Part shown: positions 25,085 through 38,879 of the stretch, in pieces
Layout: each line of letters begins with the position of its first letter
Numbering within the stretch: the first letter of the stretch is position 1
Source of the DNA: Octopus sinensis
Taxonomy: Eukaryota
Assembly (NCBI RefSeq): GCF_006345805.1
Contig: NC_043003.1
Span: 95,728,001-95,792,000, forward strand
Direction of reading: 5' to 3'
DNA: 64,000 bases
Position numbers and translations under genes: made by a program
The notes under the pieces: generated by a model
The model's database searches: none
What the model saw: the letters and a program-made list of their open reading frames with translations, nothing else
What the model was told of the DNA's origin: nothing

Positions 25085-26402
25085 CACTTATATATATATA
25101 TATATACACTTATATATATATATATATATATACATGTATAAACATGCACACACAAAAGATAAATAGATAGATACATATAGATATACATACATACATACAT
25201 ACATACATACATACACATATACATACATACATACTTACACACATACATACATACATACATACATACATACATACATACATACCTATGTACATACGTATGT
25301 ATGTATGTATGTATGTATGTATGTATGTATGTATGTATGTACGCATGCACGCATGCATGCATGTATGTATGTATGCATGCATGCATGCATGTATGTATGT
25401 ATGCATGCATGCATGTATGTATGTATGTATGTATGTATGTATGTATGTATGTATGTATGTATGTATGTATGTATGCATGTATGTATGTATCAAGAATTGT
25501 CGGAATCATTTCAGTTACATGCAAATATATTTTGTACTGGCATCATAAGCAGGAGAAATGACATGGTCAGTGTACAAAAATCTATATATTCATCCTCAAT
25601 GTTTACATTATCCATAATAGGGGATTTCTGTCTAGATGCTTGATATCACTATGATATGGTGGCTGGCATGGCTCTGACTGTTGTTATCTGTCAATTTCCA
25701 AAGAAATTAACATGATGTCAGCATTTCTGAATTGCTGTAGAACACCAACCCATCTGAAACCATATCTGATTCTATAATACAAAGTTCTTGTTTCATAGTG
25801 ATTCTAATTAAAACCTTTTGAAAGTTCATGGTTCAATGGTTAGGGTATTTAGTTTGTGATCATAAAATCGTGAACTTGATACTCGCATTGTGGTGCTTTC
25901 TTGAGCTTATCACTTTATTTCATGTTGCTCTCATCCACTCAGCTGGCAAAAATAAGTTGTACCTGTATGTCAAAGGGCCAACCTTGTCACATTCTGTGTC
26001 ACACTGAATCTCCCTGAGAGCTACATTAAAGATATATGCGTCTGTGGAGTGCTCAGTCACCTGCATGCTGATTTCACAAGCAGGCTGTTCTTTTGATCAA
26101 GTCATCTGGGGATCAAGTCATCTGGGACACTCACTGTTGAAACCAACCATGTCAATTTTTCTAAGTTTATGTAAAACCTTTCTTCAAAATTTCAAATAAA
26201 TTTATATTCCAAACACCACCTTAATATTGACAAAATTATTTTGATAAATTCTATATTTTCAAAATTAATCTAAAGCAAGTCTGTGTATTACAACTGGAAT
26301 ATAGAAACACAAGGGTTAATGTTTGTTTTCCATGATATCAGAAGGCCAAACAGCTTATTACATACATGCACACACCATGCACACTTCCCGGTCTGTCTGT
26401 CT

Positions 26403-26441
<39 letters not shown>

Positions 26442-27219
26442 TCATATACATGCACACACACACACTTTCTCTCTTTCACATTCACATGGATGCCCACGCA
26501 CACACACACACACACAGAAATTAATGATGATAGATGTAGTATAAATTTTGACAAGGTGTGCTCCAGTTGTTTAGTCAATGAAAACTACCGAATCATTATA
26601 CCATAGTGATGTATTAAAGTGTTAAACAGCTGAGTGTTTCACCAATCCTTGTACTCTTTAATCTTATCCTCAGGTAGACTCAGTATTATAAACTGTACAA
26701 TGAAGCTGGCCCTTTGAATAACAAGCACATTCCATTCAATGAACCTCACCCAGTTTCCATCTATCTAATTCCATTCACAAGGAGGCTTGGGTTAACCCAA
26801 GCTAACAGCTGAACACACTTGCTCAAAGTGTCATGCAGTGAGACTGGACACTGGGATTTCATGTTTGCCATACACAAATTCACACAAACATAAATTCACG
26901 TATATGCCAGACACATGTTTGTGTATACAAGTACATATAAGTAAATGCTCCAATTTTGATGTCGCAGCTGGTTTTGTGCCAACCAACATTTATTGATTCC
27001 TGATTTCCTTTCAACCAGGAATTATGTCATATAAATAAACATCATTGTGTGCTCCAGCTGATAAACCTTTCAATGTTCCTATATCTTCAACGTTTAAAAT
27101 GTGGGGTTTTTTTTTGTCTTCTACTCTTCACTTACTTCATACATAATACCATTTGAATATCAACCTTAGGCCAGTGAAAAACTTCTATTCTGCTACTTGA
27201 CCAGCTAAAAGTAGCAACC

Positions 27220-27945
27220 AAATCTCACTCAGACCTTATCATGAAAACAAAGCACATTACTAAAATTGCCAAGAAGGCTGAGGGTGTCTTGGAATCACTT
27301 ACCAAGTCCTTTGTGAGCCGCTCTCCAGCTTTCTATCTGAGGCTTTATATAGCTATGGTGCGGCCTCACCTGGAATTTGCATCACCAGTCTGGAGCCCCT
27401 ATCTTGCCCAGGATATTAATCGTCTGGAAACTGTTCAGCAACGTGCAACCAAGAGAATACCCTCCATCAGGCATTTGCTATATTCTGAACGCCTTAGTTC
27501 TCAGGGCATGGATACATGGATACATTGAAACTCCGACGTCTGGCAGCTGACTTAGCAGACACCCATAAAATTATTAACCATCTTACAAACAATAACTCTG
27601 AGCACCTTTTCAAACTCCACCTGTCTAACACCCGTAGACATGTTTACAGAGTCAGAAAGCAGCACGGCTCCCGTGACTTTCAGAAATATTTTTTCACACT
27701 AAGAGTTGCTGAAGCATGGAACAGACTGCCGGCATCAGTTGTTAGTTGTCGGAGCACGGCATCCTTCAAAACTTCCATGCTTCCTGAGATTCGCCAACAC
27801 TACACCTGATTTTCTTCCCTCCATACACACGCAAACATGTATCTGACTCATACACTGTTCACTTCCTAGACATTTGTACATTACTGCATATGCTTTATAC
27901 ACACTTTTGACAAGTTGTGGTGCACCTGAGCACTGTATACAATAA
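27220..27945 (+). mobile_element. 5'-truncated CR1/L2-type LINE
   Basis: Translation ..LYIAMVRPHLEFASPVWSPYLAQDINRLETVQQRATKRIP..RVAEAWNRLPASVV; sister copies at 33115-33628 and 28965-29230. Confidence 0.9.
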
Positions 27946-28084
27946 TTTATTTTTATAGATATAAATATATTTTTAAAAATACAAGAAGAAAGAAAAATAC
28001 ATTCCATAACATAGTCCAAGAAATTCTAAAAAATACGAGATGGTGACAGTTAGAATGCTTTTTAACATCAGTATGCTCAACTCT

Positions 28085-28690
28085 ACCTCAATTAATCGGA
28101 ATGCTCACAGCTGCCATATTCCTATCGCTCTATGTCACGCTGGTGAGATCCATATTGGAGTATGGGATACAAGCCTCTTCTCCTTATCTCCTCAAAGACA
28201 TACATCATCTCGAAAGAGTCCAGAAGCTGGCTACCCACATGGTTCTTGGTCTCAAGCATTTGTCTTATGAAGAAAGGCTGAAGATGCTCGACCTTTATTC
28301 TCTAGAAAAATGACGATGCCGTGGTGATCTCATTCTCGCTCACAACATCATAAGCGGAAAGTGTAACCTCTCAAAAGAGCTGTTCTTCACTCCTGCTCCA
28401 GAGCGTCAGCTGCGGGGTCACTCCGAAAAGCTCTATCTGCGACGATTTCATCTCAATCGAAGGAGAGGGGCTTTCTCCATCCGGATTGCAGATCTGTGGA
28501 ATAAGCTGCCGGACGAGATAGTGAAGATGCCGACGACTGCTCAGTTCAAAGTTTCTCTTGACCAGAAATGGCCTGAACTCTTTGCATGAACACCCTCCCT
28601 GTACGTAACTCCATGTCCCCCTACATGGCCTTGCTTTTTGCTTTTTGAGCCCAAAAATTAACTTAACTAACTAACTTAACTTAACTTAAA
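28085..28690 (+). mobile_element. Second CR1-type LINE family, 3' end with (TTAAC)n tail
   Basis: Translation LYVTLVRSILEYGIQASSPYLLKDIHHLERVQKLATHMV..LSYEERLKMLDLYSLEK*R.RGDLI..DLWNKLPDEIV. Confidence 0.9.
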
Positions 28691-29228
28691 CACAGCAAAA
28701 ACAACAATATCAAATGCAAACCAAGGCAAGTTTGTATGTGGTCACCCAGTGTGCCGGAAATAAATGCTATGCTTCCTTTAACCCTCTTCTTACCATATTT
28801 ACATTGAAATATACTGCCTTTGTTTCAATTAATTTTGAAAATAATGAAGAATTTATTAAAATAGCTTTATTCATTTTCAGGCTGATGTTTGGAATATAAA
28901 TTAATATGAAGTTTTGTTGAAGCTTTTAACTTAAAGCACTTAAAAAGTAAAAGAGGGAGTTTAGCGCAGCTCCCATGACTTTAGGAAACATTTTTTCACG
29001 CTAAGAGTTGCTGAAGTATGGAACAAACTGCCGGCATCAGTTGTTAGTTGTCGGAGCACTGCATCCTTCAAAACTTCCATGCTTCCTGAGATTTGCCAAC
29101 ACTACACCTGATTTTCTCCCCTCCATACACACACAAGCATGTATCTGACTCATACACTGTTCACTTTCCAGACTTTATATGCACTTTCTGACAAGTTGTG
29201 GTGGACCTGAGCACTGTATACAATAATT

Positions 29229-29283
<55 letters not shown>

Positions 29284-29446
29284 CATTATTATTATCATTA
29301 TTATTATTATTATTATCATTATTATTATTATTATTATATTATTATTATTATTATTTTATTATTATTATTATTATTATTATCATTATTATTATCATTATTA
29401 TTATTATTATTATCATTATTATTATATTATTATTATTATTATATTA

Positions 29447-29478
<32 letters not shown>

Positions 29479-30165
29479 CATAGAACTGGGGGTAGATCCA
29501 AGTAAGCTGGTATTTCGAAATGGTTAAGATAGCACTGTGCCATTTTAATACAAATAGCTTATCTTAGATGATCTTGCATAACATCATATCACATACATAA
29601 CACATGACAGTAAAAAAAAAAGATGTGCCTTTCATCATAGGTCTGCTCAGTCAAAACCAAAGTGGGGTAAAACAACAATGACACTGAATGAAATAGTGAT
29701 GCATACAGACACAGATAAAAAAAATTAAAAAAGAGAAAATAAAGATTGTTTGATGTTCATAGCTGTCTCATAGAATTGATGATGTGGAGGACGCTTTTAA
29801 CACTTCAGAAGTCTCACTTTCCAACAAAGCAATTTTTCTTTTTACACCGCAGCTTTAGCTTGACACTCATATAGGCTAGCAACTGATGAGCGAAATGTAC
29901 AATTTCCTGTAATTCGGATCACTTCACTGCCCCAGCAGACAAAATGGAAAAGATGTTGCTCCAGAGAATGGTGAGGAAGATGCACTGGAACATCCACTCC
30001 GAGTCAGGGGGTTCACACTTGCAGATAACTATCATCACCCTGATAGTGGTGAGCAGGGTGATATGGTCCAGGGGCCTAGAATGCATGAGGTCTCCACTGC
30101 CATGTAAACCTGTCAGAGAGAGACTGATTGAACAAGGACTGAGATCAAGTCAAAGACTTAACCCA

Positions 30166-30726
30166 TTAGGCATTTTGTCTTTCTTCTATAATGTTCATTT
30201 TACCAAATAAAATATTAAGTACACATGTTATCCCCAAGCAGACATTTATTACTGGAAAGATATTTCTGTATAATATTTGGTAGGAATAGTAATTTGTATT
30301 TGGAATTAAGGAATTATAACACTTGGTGGGTAAAACGGCATAAGACCGTTGCTTTCCTTTGCAACCGACTCGATATTCAACAATTGGGAATCTAAAATCA
30401 TCTGCTTTCATATTGGAACCATCTGTTTCCATATTGGAACTGTCTGCTTCCGTATTGGAACCATCTGGTTCCTTAATGGAATCGTCTTCCTCATCAGACA
30501 GTGCAGTGAGATCAATGTAAATCAGTTCCTTATTGGCAACTGTTGATATGGCATCAACAACAACGCATTCACTGTCTTTAATTTCAAAAATGTCATTACA
30601 ACGAGCACCAGAAGAATTATAATGGTTGGATGACGAAGCTTTCGGTGAATCAGATTCCACTACAATTTCATCGTTAATGCTATCAGATTGGTTGTTAGAT
30701 GTAGTCATGTCTTTACTGATATTCAT
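30166..30726 (-). CDS. Candidate host protein or exon with an acidic disordered N-terminus carrying multiple SUMO-interacting-motif-like elements
   Basis: 186-codon non-microsatellite ORF; motifs IVVESDS, IFEIKDSE, VVVD and IYIDLTALSDEEDD; three in-frame 21-nt repeats (DGSNTEA/DSSNMET/DGSNMKA); branch-like CTAAC plus AG about 20 nt upstream of the ATG. The 3' boundary may be a splice donor inside the ORF. Confidence 0.6.
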   Translation of the reverse strand: MNISKDMTTSNNQSDSINDEIVVESDSPKASSSNHYNSSGARCNDIFEIKDSECVVVDAISTVANKELIYIDLTALSDEEDDSIKEPDGSNTEADSSNMETDGSNMKADDFRFPIVEYRVGCKGKQRSYAVLPTKCYNSLIPNTNYYSYQILYRNIFPVINVCLGITCVLNILFGKMNIIEERQNA

Positions 30727-30769
30727 ATTTTAATATATAATTCTTAAAATTTATAGTTAGTAACTATCA

Positions 30770-31240
30770 TGTTTGGCACTATTTCATTTCGTTGACTCAC
30801 CACTTATCCCTTTTGTTAATCTTCAGCATTCTCTTTTCCATGGCTCTTTGTGTTGATTTTTATATATTTTCAATGATCTTGTTGGTAGTCCATGCTTCTG
30901 ATGTATATGTAATAGAAGACAACCTACACTGGTTAAAGACCCTTTCTTTTTTTTTAGATATATGGGCAAATTACAGCACATGACTTGGCATTAAAGTAAT
31001 AACAATTCAGTAGCCTACTGATTCTTTATTAAGACAACAGTCTCAGTCTCTGTTTGTGTGGACTTGTTAACTCTCTACTTTTCTTTATTAAGCCTACATG
31101 TCTTTCTTTTCTATCAATGCCTTCACTTCAGTCTTTTCATTACCACTCACTCTTCATTCCTCTGAAGTTAAAAAGACACAACTCATTATTATCATTTTTG
31201 GGGGGCATGTTTTCTGGCCAATACCACTCCTACTGTAATT
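30770..31240 (-). mobile_element. Highly decayed RTE LINE reverse-transcriptase fragment
   Basis: RVFNQC..ITYTSEAWT..STQRAMEKRML fits the RTE consensus VFNQC..TYxxETW..QRAMERxML. Confidence 0.7.
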
Positions 31241-31262
31241 TGAAATTAATGGAACTTACCCT

Positions 31263-31494
31263 AACCACAACCATTTATTCTCTCATCTAACTTTACTCAA
31301 CTGGACCTCCATAGCCATTCAATGTATATATTTTAAAAAATCCTGTTTAATTAAATATCATCAGGAATTGTATTTAATATTTAAAATATTTTCTGTATTG
31401 TAGAAGTATGACCAGTTTATTGCACATAAATGTTAACAACAAAATGTTATATGAAACCCCAAGGGCCATGTGGACCCCAGTTGAAAACCACTGG
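31263..31494 (-). mobile_element. hAT-like MITE remnant (CAGTGGTTTTCAAC terminus)
   Basis: Terminus and internal ggggtcca...atttatgt region shared with the partial copy at 17447-17525. Confidence 0.5.
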
Positions 31495-33767
31495 TTTAGA
31501 TAATGCCCTTTCCCCACTGACTGAAGAATAAAACATCTTACTAATTCTGGCACAAAGCTAGTAATTTTGAAGAGAGGGAGCCAGTCAATTATATTGAGCC
31601 TAGTACTTCACTGGTACTTTAATTTATTGACCTCAAAAGGTTGAAAGGCAAAGTTGACCTTGGCAGGATTTCAGTTCAGAAGAAATTCCAGAAAGTGCCA
31701 GAAGAAATGTTGCTAAGCATTTTGTCCAGCATCCTAAGGATTTGGCCAGCCCACTAGATGTTGAATGACAATGAATGGAAAAATGATAATTTTTAGTTTG
31801 CATTTGTTTCTAAAACCTTATAATATAGGAAGTAAAATTTAAATTCCGTTGGAAAACAGAAGTTTGTATGATATTGTATATTAATCTTGTTTTCTTTCAA
31901 TTTTTTTTAACCTTCAAATATTGAATCAAGTAATATTTTGCTGAAAACTAAATACCCAGCAGAATATTTTATGATTAAATTTGTTAAGATATTACACACT
32001 TGAAACTAATTTCCTTTTGCTATTTTTCTTTGTTTTTGTAATTCTATTCAACATTTCTGAATTTCATATTCTCCTATGAGTATATGCTATTTTAATTCTT
32101 CAGCTTCCACACTAATTTTGCCAGTCTTTTAATGAAAGAAAATATTAAAATAACACAAAACAATTTTTTTTTTTGTAAGTGGACATGCACGCCTATTTAA
32201 TATTGTGCTAGGTTTAAGGGGAATAACTCTATCGATACTAGATTTAAATTTACATAAATAATTTTCTTTGAAATTTCCCTAAGAAACATAAACACATTTT
32301 TATTTCTAATTCTTTGTGTTTTCATGCAAAAATGTGGAGTGCTAAACACATGTTATAATCATGTGGTGGCAAATCTTATTATTTACTTGTTCTTAGGTTT
32401 TTCAGTGGTTTACATAAGTGAACCCCTACTCATTGGCAAGTCTGATATAATAAAATTGAATAGGGTGGTCAGATCTATTTAAAAATGTTGGTTGAGCGCT
32501 TTTCAGTTGATCATATTAGTTGTAATGGTGATTGGTCATATAGTTGATTAGTGACAAAAACTGATCCAAAGCCATCGTTCTTTGCCTCACAGAGAAACTC
32601 TACATTTTCTGTAACCTGGCTCAATTCTAACAAAAGATCCAAACATCAATTCATCCAAACTCTAATATATAAGATCATGCTGACCAATTCCAAAGCAAAC
32701 CCAAGCCTTGATGCCTGGTGAAAAGATGGACTTCACCAACAATGCAACCAGCTATATGACCAATCACATGCTTAACCACACCACTAGTCACATGATCAAC
32801 GACTGGATTAACTCTAAAGCAGAAACATCTGTTGACATCTGCCAGAATAGCAGACATCATTGACAATGTTACCAGCATTGTCCACCTTCATGTTCTGAGC
32901 TCAAATTCCACTGAAGTCGAATTTGCCTATTCTTTCGGAGTTGATAAAATAAGTACCAGTTGAACACTGGGGTTGAAGTAATCTACTTAATCCCTCTCTC
33001 AAACTAGCTGGCTTTGTGCCAAAATTTGAAACCAATATTACCAACCACATCACTGACTTCAAAACCAGAAAAGGCACTCAGTACTTTTAAATGTCTTGGT
33101 TACATCATTTCATACCCTCCACCCTCCATCAGGCATTTGCCATATTCTGAACGCCTTACTTCCCTGGACATGGATACATTGAAACTCTGACGTCTGGCAG
33201 CTGACTTAGCAGACACCCATAAAATTATTAACCATCTTACAAACAATTACTCTGAGCACCTTTTCAAACGCCACCTGTCTAACACCCGTGGACATGTTTA
33301 CAAAGTCAGAAAACAGCACAGCTCCCATGACTTTCGGAAACATTTTTTCATGCTAAGAGTTGCTGAAGCATGGAACAAACTGCCGGCATCAGTTGTTAGT
33401 TGTCGAAGCACTGCATCCTTCAAAACTTCCATGCTTCCTGAGATTCACCAACACTACACCCTATTTTCTCCCCTCCATACACACACAAACATGTATCTGA
33501 CTCATACACTGTTCGCTTTCCAGACATTTGTACATTACTGCATATGCTTTATACGCACTTTTGACAAGTTGTGGTGCACCTGAGCACTGTATACAATAAC
33601 TTCATTATTATTATTATTATTATTATTACTTCAAATTCACCAATGAGTATGGTTGATTATAGCCAACTACAGGAAACTTTGTAACATAAAACAATAATCT
33701 AGTTTACAAATCCATGATAATCTCTCAATTATATAATTGAAAGAGAGAACATGGGGTAAATGAATAC

Positions 33768-33837
33768 CTGGTTTTAGTAAACACTTATTTTCTTGCACTA
33801 TAAAGTAGACATCATCATTAACACACATTTTTTCACT
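33768..33837 (-). CDS. Candidate 70-nt internal exon (SEKMCVNDDVYFIVQENKCLLKP)
   Basis: CTAAC branch-like site, ttttctgtccacAG acceptor, CAG|GTATTC donor; only one frame open; no homology recognised. Confidence 0.3.
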
Positions 33838-34489
33838 CTGTGGACAGAAAATATTGACTGGTATAGTTAGTTTCTGTTTCAAAACTTCATTACAGATTGG
33901 TCATTCATTTTCTGTCCAGAGGTTATGGCTATTCATAGTATGCACATACCCTCAGACATAACTAAATTGGTTTGTCTAATTTGCATATCAAAGCAAACTT
34001 AGGCATTGTAAGCAAATTAATAGAAACACTATATAGAAACAAAGAAGAAATATAAGATAAACTTACAAGACTTTGTTCTTATTGTCATAAAAGTAAATAC
34101 ACCCCCCCCACACACACACATACACACACACATCCTGGCTCTCTGCTGGTTATGATGACGAGTGTTCCAGTTGATCCATTCAATGGAATTGCCTGCCTGT
34201 GAAATTAATGTGTAGGTGGCTGGGTACTCCACAGACATACGTGCTATCAATTTAGTTCTCAGAGAGATTTGGTGTGACACAGAATGTGACAAAGCTGATC
34301 TTTTGAATTACAGGTACAACTTATTTTTGCCAGCTGAGTGGCCTGGAGAAACAAGAAATAAAGTGTCTTGCTCAAGGACACAATGTGCTGCTGGAAATTG
34401 AACTCACAACCTTACAGTTGTAAGCCAATTGTCCCAGCCATTAAATCACATGCCTTCTCTCCCCTCATCTCTCTCTCTCTCTCTCTCTA

Positions 34490-34522
<33 letters not shown>

Positions 34523-34528
34523 AATCTG

Positions 34529-34933
<405 letters not shown>

Positions 34934-35209
34934 AATATGCTTCAACACACGAACTCATATAAAGAATCTTGCAAACCAAATCCAAAAACGAAATATATAT
35001 ATATATATATATAACTATAATAATAAGGGTTTTTTGCAACAAGTTGCTTAAACCACATACCAAAAGTATTAGAAATAGCAGCCAAATGACTACTATTTCC
35101 TTTTACTACAAAAATAAGTCTCCACAGACAACAATATCTATAACTCACATATGGCAAAAAAGAAGAAAAACAACGAAATCACACAGTCTTTGGATAGATA
35201 GATAGATAA

Positions 35210-35288
<79 letters not shown>

Positions 35289-35392
35289 TATTAAATTCCC
35301 TTCCATGTCAGTTGGCTCTGATGAGCATATTTATATAATTGGTTTGTTGCCTAACACTCCATTGTATTTTTTGTGTGAAACTGATTGGTAAG

Positions 35393-35423
<31 letters not shown>

Positions 35424-35787
35424 AACTGAGAAAGAGAGAAAATAAGTGAATGAATACAAGTGTCAGCTGCTGTAATGTAATCATTCAGGTTGTAGGAATA
35501 ACCATCATCTGTGTTGTTGTCTCTTCATATTTGGCGGGTCCAGCTATTGAATTTGGGTTCATAGTGGACAGAGATGGACATGAACTCATGACTACATCTA
35601 TTCTCTGTTTTCCTATCTGCTCTGTTCTCCCCTATTCTCATGTCTATTTCTCTGACCACTCTTAGACCTGGTGTAATTTTCTCCTCAGCTTGACTGATTT
35701 GCAATCAGCAAGTCTTGATTCGTCTATTTTTTGTTGATGTCATTTAATGAAATCTGATGTGTAGTTGTTGAGTGACATTGGTTACTC

Positions 35788-36206
35788 TTTTACTCGTTTA
35801 CTCTCTTACTTGTTTCAGTCATTTGACTGTGGCCATGCTGGAACACCGCCCTTTAGTCAAGCAAATCGACCCCAGGACTTATTCTTTGTAAGCCTAGTTC
35901 TTGTTCTATCAGTCTCTCTTGCCGAACCGCTAAGTGACAGGGACGTAAATACACCAGCATCAGTTGTCAAACGATGTTGGGGGGACAAACACAGACACAC
36001 AAACATATACACACACACATACATATAGATATATATATATACATATATATGACGGGCTTCTTTCAGTTTCCGTCTACCAAATTCACTCACAAGGCTTTGG
36101 TCAGCCCGAGGCTATTGTAGAAGACACTTGCCCAAGGTACCATGCAGTGGGACTAACCTGGAACTATGTGGTTCGTAAGCAAGCTACTTACCGCACAGCC
36201 ACTCCT
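35788..36206 (-). mobile_element. SINE family A
   Basis: Full architecture; similar copies at 37250-37705, 48240-48660 and 55050-55428 (all -). Confidence 0.9.
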
Positions 36207-36867
36207 ATGCCTAATTTTTTTTTCTCTGACATCAGCACTCAGTTTGAAAGATCAAGTTTTTGTTTATGGAAATTGGAAAGAAAAAAAATCAAGTTCCAAA
36301 TTCAAATTTAGGCAGAGGTCTGTTATGTGTATATCTAAGATTAAATATACAAATATTATCTATAATATATCATTGTTTAAAATAAGCTTCCTTTCTTGTA
36401 TTTTAAGTATAATGAAATTCTTAAGTGAATTAGCATTTCTTTCTCTTATTTTTTCCTGTGTGGTAATTTTTCAAACTTTATCAGGTGTGTGACAATTTAG
36501 CAAATTTCATGTGAAATTTTTGTGTTTCAAACAAGATACATTGCTTATTTCAATATTTAAAAATGGTGCAAGGGTGTAAGATATTATCATACTTTACTAC
36601 AAAATGAATGTCATATGTTTAAATCATAGCAAAAACAGTACAAGGGGTGGTTGTAATCCACCAGCAGTACAAGTTTGATTTCTAATTAAATCCCTTTAAT
36701 TTCACACCATTCCTTGTATCTCCAATTTTTCACCATGGTCTACAAACTAGAGAGACAGAGGGACTTTGCCAAGCTGTCTTGTCATTGGTATAATGCATAA
36801 TTTTGAAGCCTTTTGTAGTCACAGGAAGATTAAATGATATGAAAACATCTTTAATCCTTTTGATACC

Positions 36868-37102
36868 TATTTCTTTACTATCCACAAGGGGCTAAACACA
36901 GAGAGGACAAACAAGGACAGACAAACAGATTAAGTCGATTTTATTGACCCTCCAGTGCATAACGGGTACTTATTTAATTGACCCCGAAAGGATGAAAGGC
37001 AAAGTCAACCTCGGGGGAATTTAAACTCAGAACGTAACAGCAGACAAAATACCGCAAAGCATTTCACCCGGCGTGCTAACGATTCTGCCAGCTCGCCGCC
37101 CA
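36868..37102 (-). mobile_element. Full family C SINE with a 15-bp target-site duplication, inserted in the end of a piggyBac-like MITE
   Basis: aatccttttgatacc at both 36853-36867 and 37103-37117. Confidence 0.9.
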
Positions 37103-37481
37103 AATCCTTTTGATACCAATCCATCTCAGACTGCCCTTGGTCCTATGATACAAACATCCTGTTTTAAAGGGATCTAAATTGAAATCTTCCCTCAAAATTT
37201 CATGTTAATATATGTTCCAAACATCAGCTTAATTATAGCAATGTTATTTTACTCTTTACTCGTTTACTCTTTTACTTGTTTCAGTAATTTGACTGCGGCC
37301 ATGCTGGAGCACCGCCTTTAGTCGAGCAAATCGACCCCGGAACTTCTTTGTAAGCCCAGTACTTATTCTATCGGTCTCTTTTGCCGAACCGCTAAGTGAC
37401 GGGGACGTAAACACACCAGCATCAGTTGTCAAGCAATGCTAGGGGGACAAACACAGGCAAACAAACACACACACACATACA

Positions 37482-37546
<65 letters not shown>

Positions 37547-38519
37547 ATATATGACAGGCTTCTTTCAGTTTCTGTCTACCAAATCCACTCACAAGGCTTT
37601 GGTCGGCCCGGGGCCATAGCAGAAGACAAGATGCCATGCAGTGGGACTGAACCCGGAACCATGTGGCTGGTTAGCAAGCTACTTACCACACAGCCACTCC
37701 TGCGCCTTTCAAAATTAATTGGAACAAAGTCAGAGTATTTCAATAGAAACTTGGTAGTAATAGGGCTAAATATAGCTCTAAACAATAAATAAGCCACTCT
37801 TTGCAAGAAGTTTGGGTGTTTCAGTATCTTTGTTTGACTTAATTTTGTGTCACTCACACTGTCATGATAATCTTCATACCAACGTGTTGCTTATTACAGC
37901 TTAACCATTCTGGTTTATATATCTGCTTTACAGGTGTGGTGGCACCACTGATTAACGTATGTAGTAGATATAGTATGGCTGAATGGTAAATAAGTTCACT
38001 TCACAGCCATGATGTTCCTGGTTCGATTCCACTGTCTAGCATCTTGGGTAAATGTCATTTTTCATAACCTCTGGTTGGCTTGTATTTTATGAGTGAAATT
38101 GAGTAGATGGAAACTGTGTAGAAATGTTGGACGGATTGTATCTGTAAATCAAAAGGCACAACCTTATCACACAGTTACACAGCCTTGTCACACATTTACA
38201 TAGCCTTGTCACATAACCTTGTTACACAGCCTTGTCACACAGTGTGTCACACAGTGTGTCACACTGATTCTACTTAAAAATTAGATCAAAGGTATGTGAC
38301 TGTAGAGTGCTCAGTCACTTACATGTTAATTCTGGAACAGGTAATTTACTTGATCAAAAACTGAATCCATGTCATCAAATGATAGAGATCCACCAACATA
38401 TGTGATATGACGAACATTCATAAGGTATTGTAATATCATGAAAATTTATCAACTTACACATTAACAGCTTGTGATATTAATCACTGCTAAAGTATGGCAA
38501 TGGTGGGGGAGTATAACAT

Positions 38520-38720
38520 ACATTTAGCACACTATGAACTAAGTATCCTGATATCACATTATAGTTTGTTGTTTGTTTTAATATAAGAAAAAGTAAAGCC
38601 CATGACCTCTGCCCACTCTTCCACACTGTTGAGACTAATGTGACTGATATACATGTGGAATGTCTGTCAGTCTGCCAGATATCTCTCTGCATCTTTTGTG
38701 AACCAATGGATCTGCAAAAT
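38520..38720 (-). mobile_element. Possible I/Nimb-like LINE RT remnant
   Basis: Interrupted frame ..SLNSVEEWAEVMGFTFSYIKT resembles the L..(I)EEWA...GFxFS..KT motif of I-group RTs. Confidence 0.35.
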
Positions 38721-38879
38721 TATCAAGTTCCCACCAACTAACTTCCTACATATTGAATAAGATCACCTTTCAGATAATATAAAGATGTTTCGAAACCTTT
38801 AACTAACAAGCACATTCACTTTTACCATGCTTCTAAGTTTGGAACATTTTGAGAATTTTTTTTGTTTTTAAGATTTTGC

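Noticed and set aside
29883-29901. CTGATGA-GC-GAAA-TGTACA hammerhead-like string
   Set aside because: No room for a stem II loop, no U-H cleavage site after the palindrome and no stem I; likely chance.
31151-31242. Apparent 81-nt exon with a GTGAGT donor on the minus strand
   Set aside because: Lies within the decayed RTE reverse-transcriptase homology (30770-31240).
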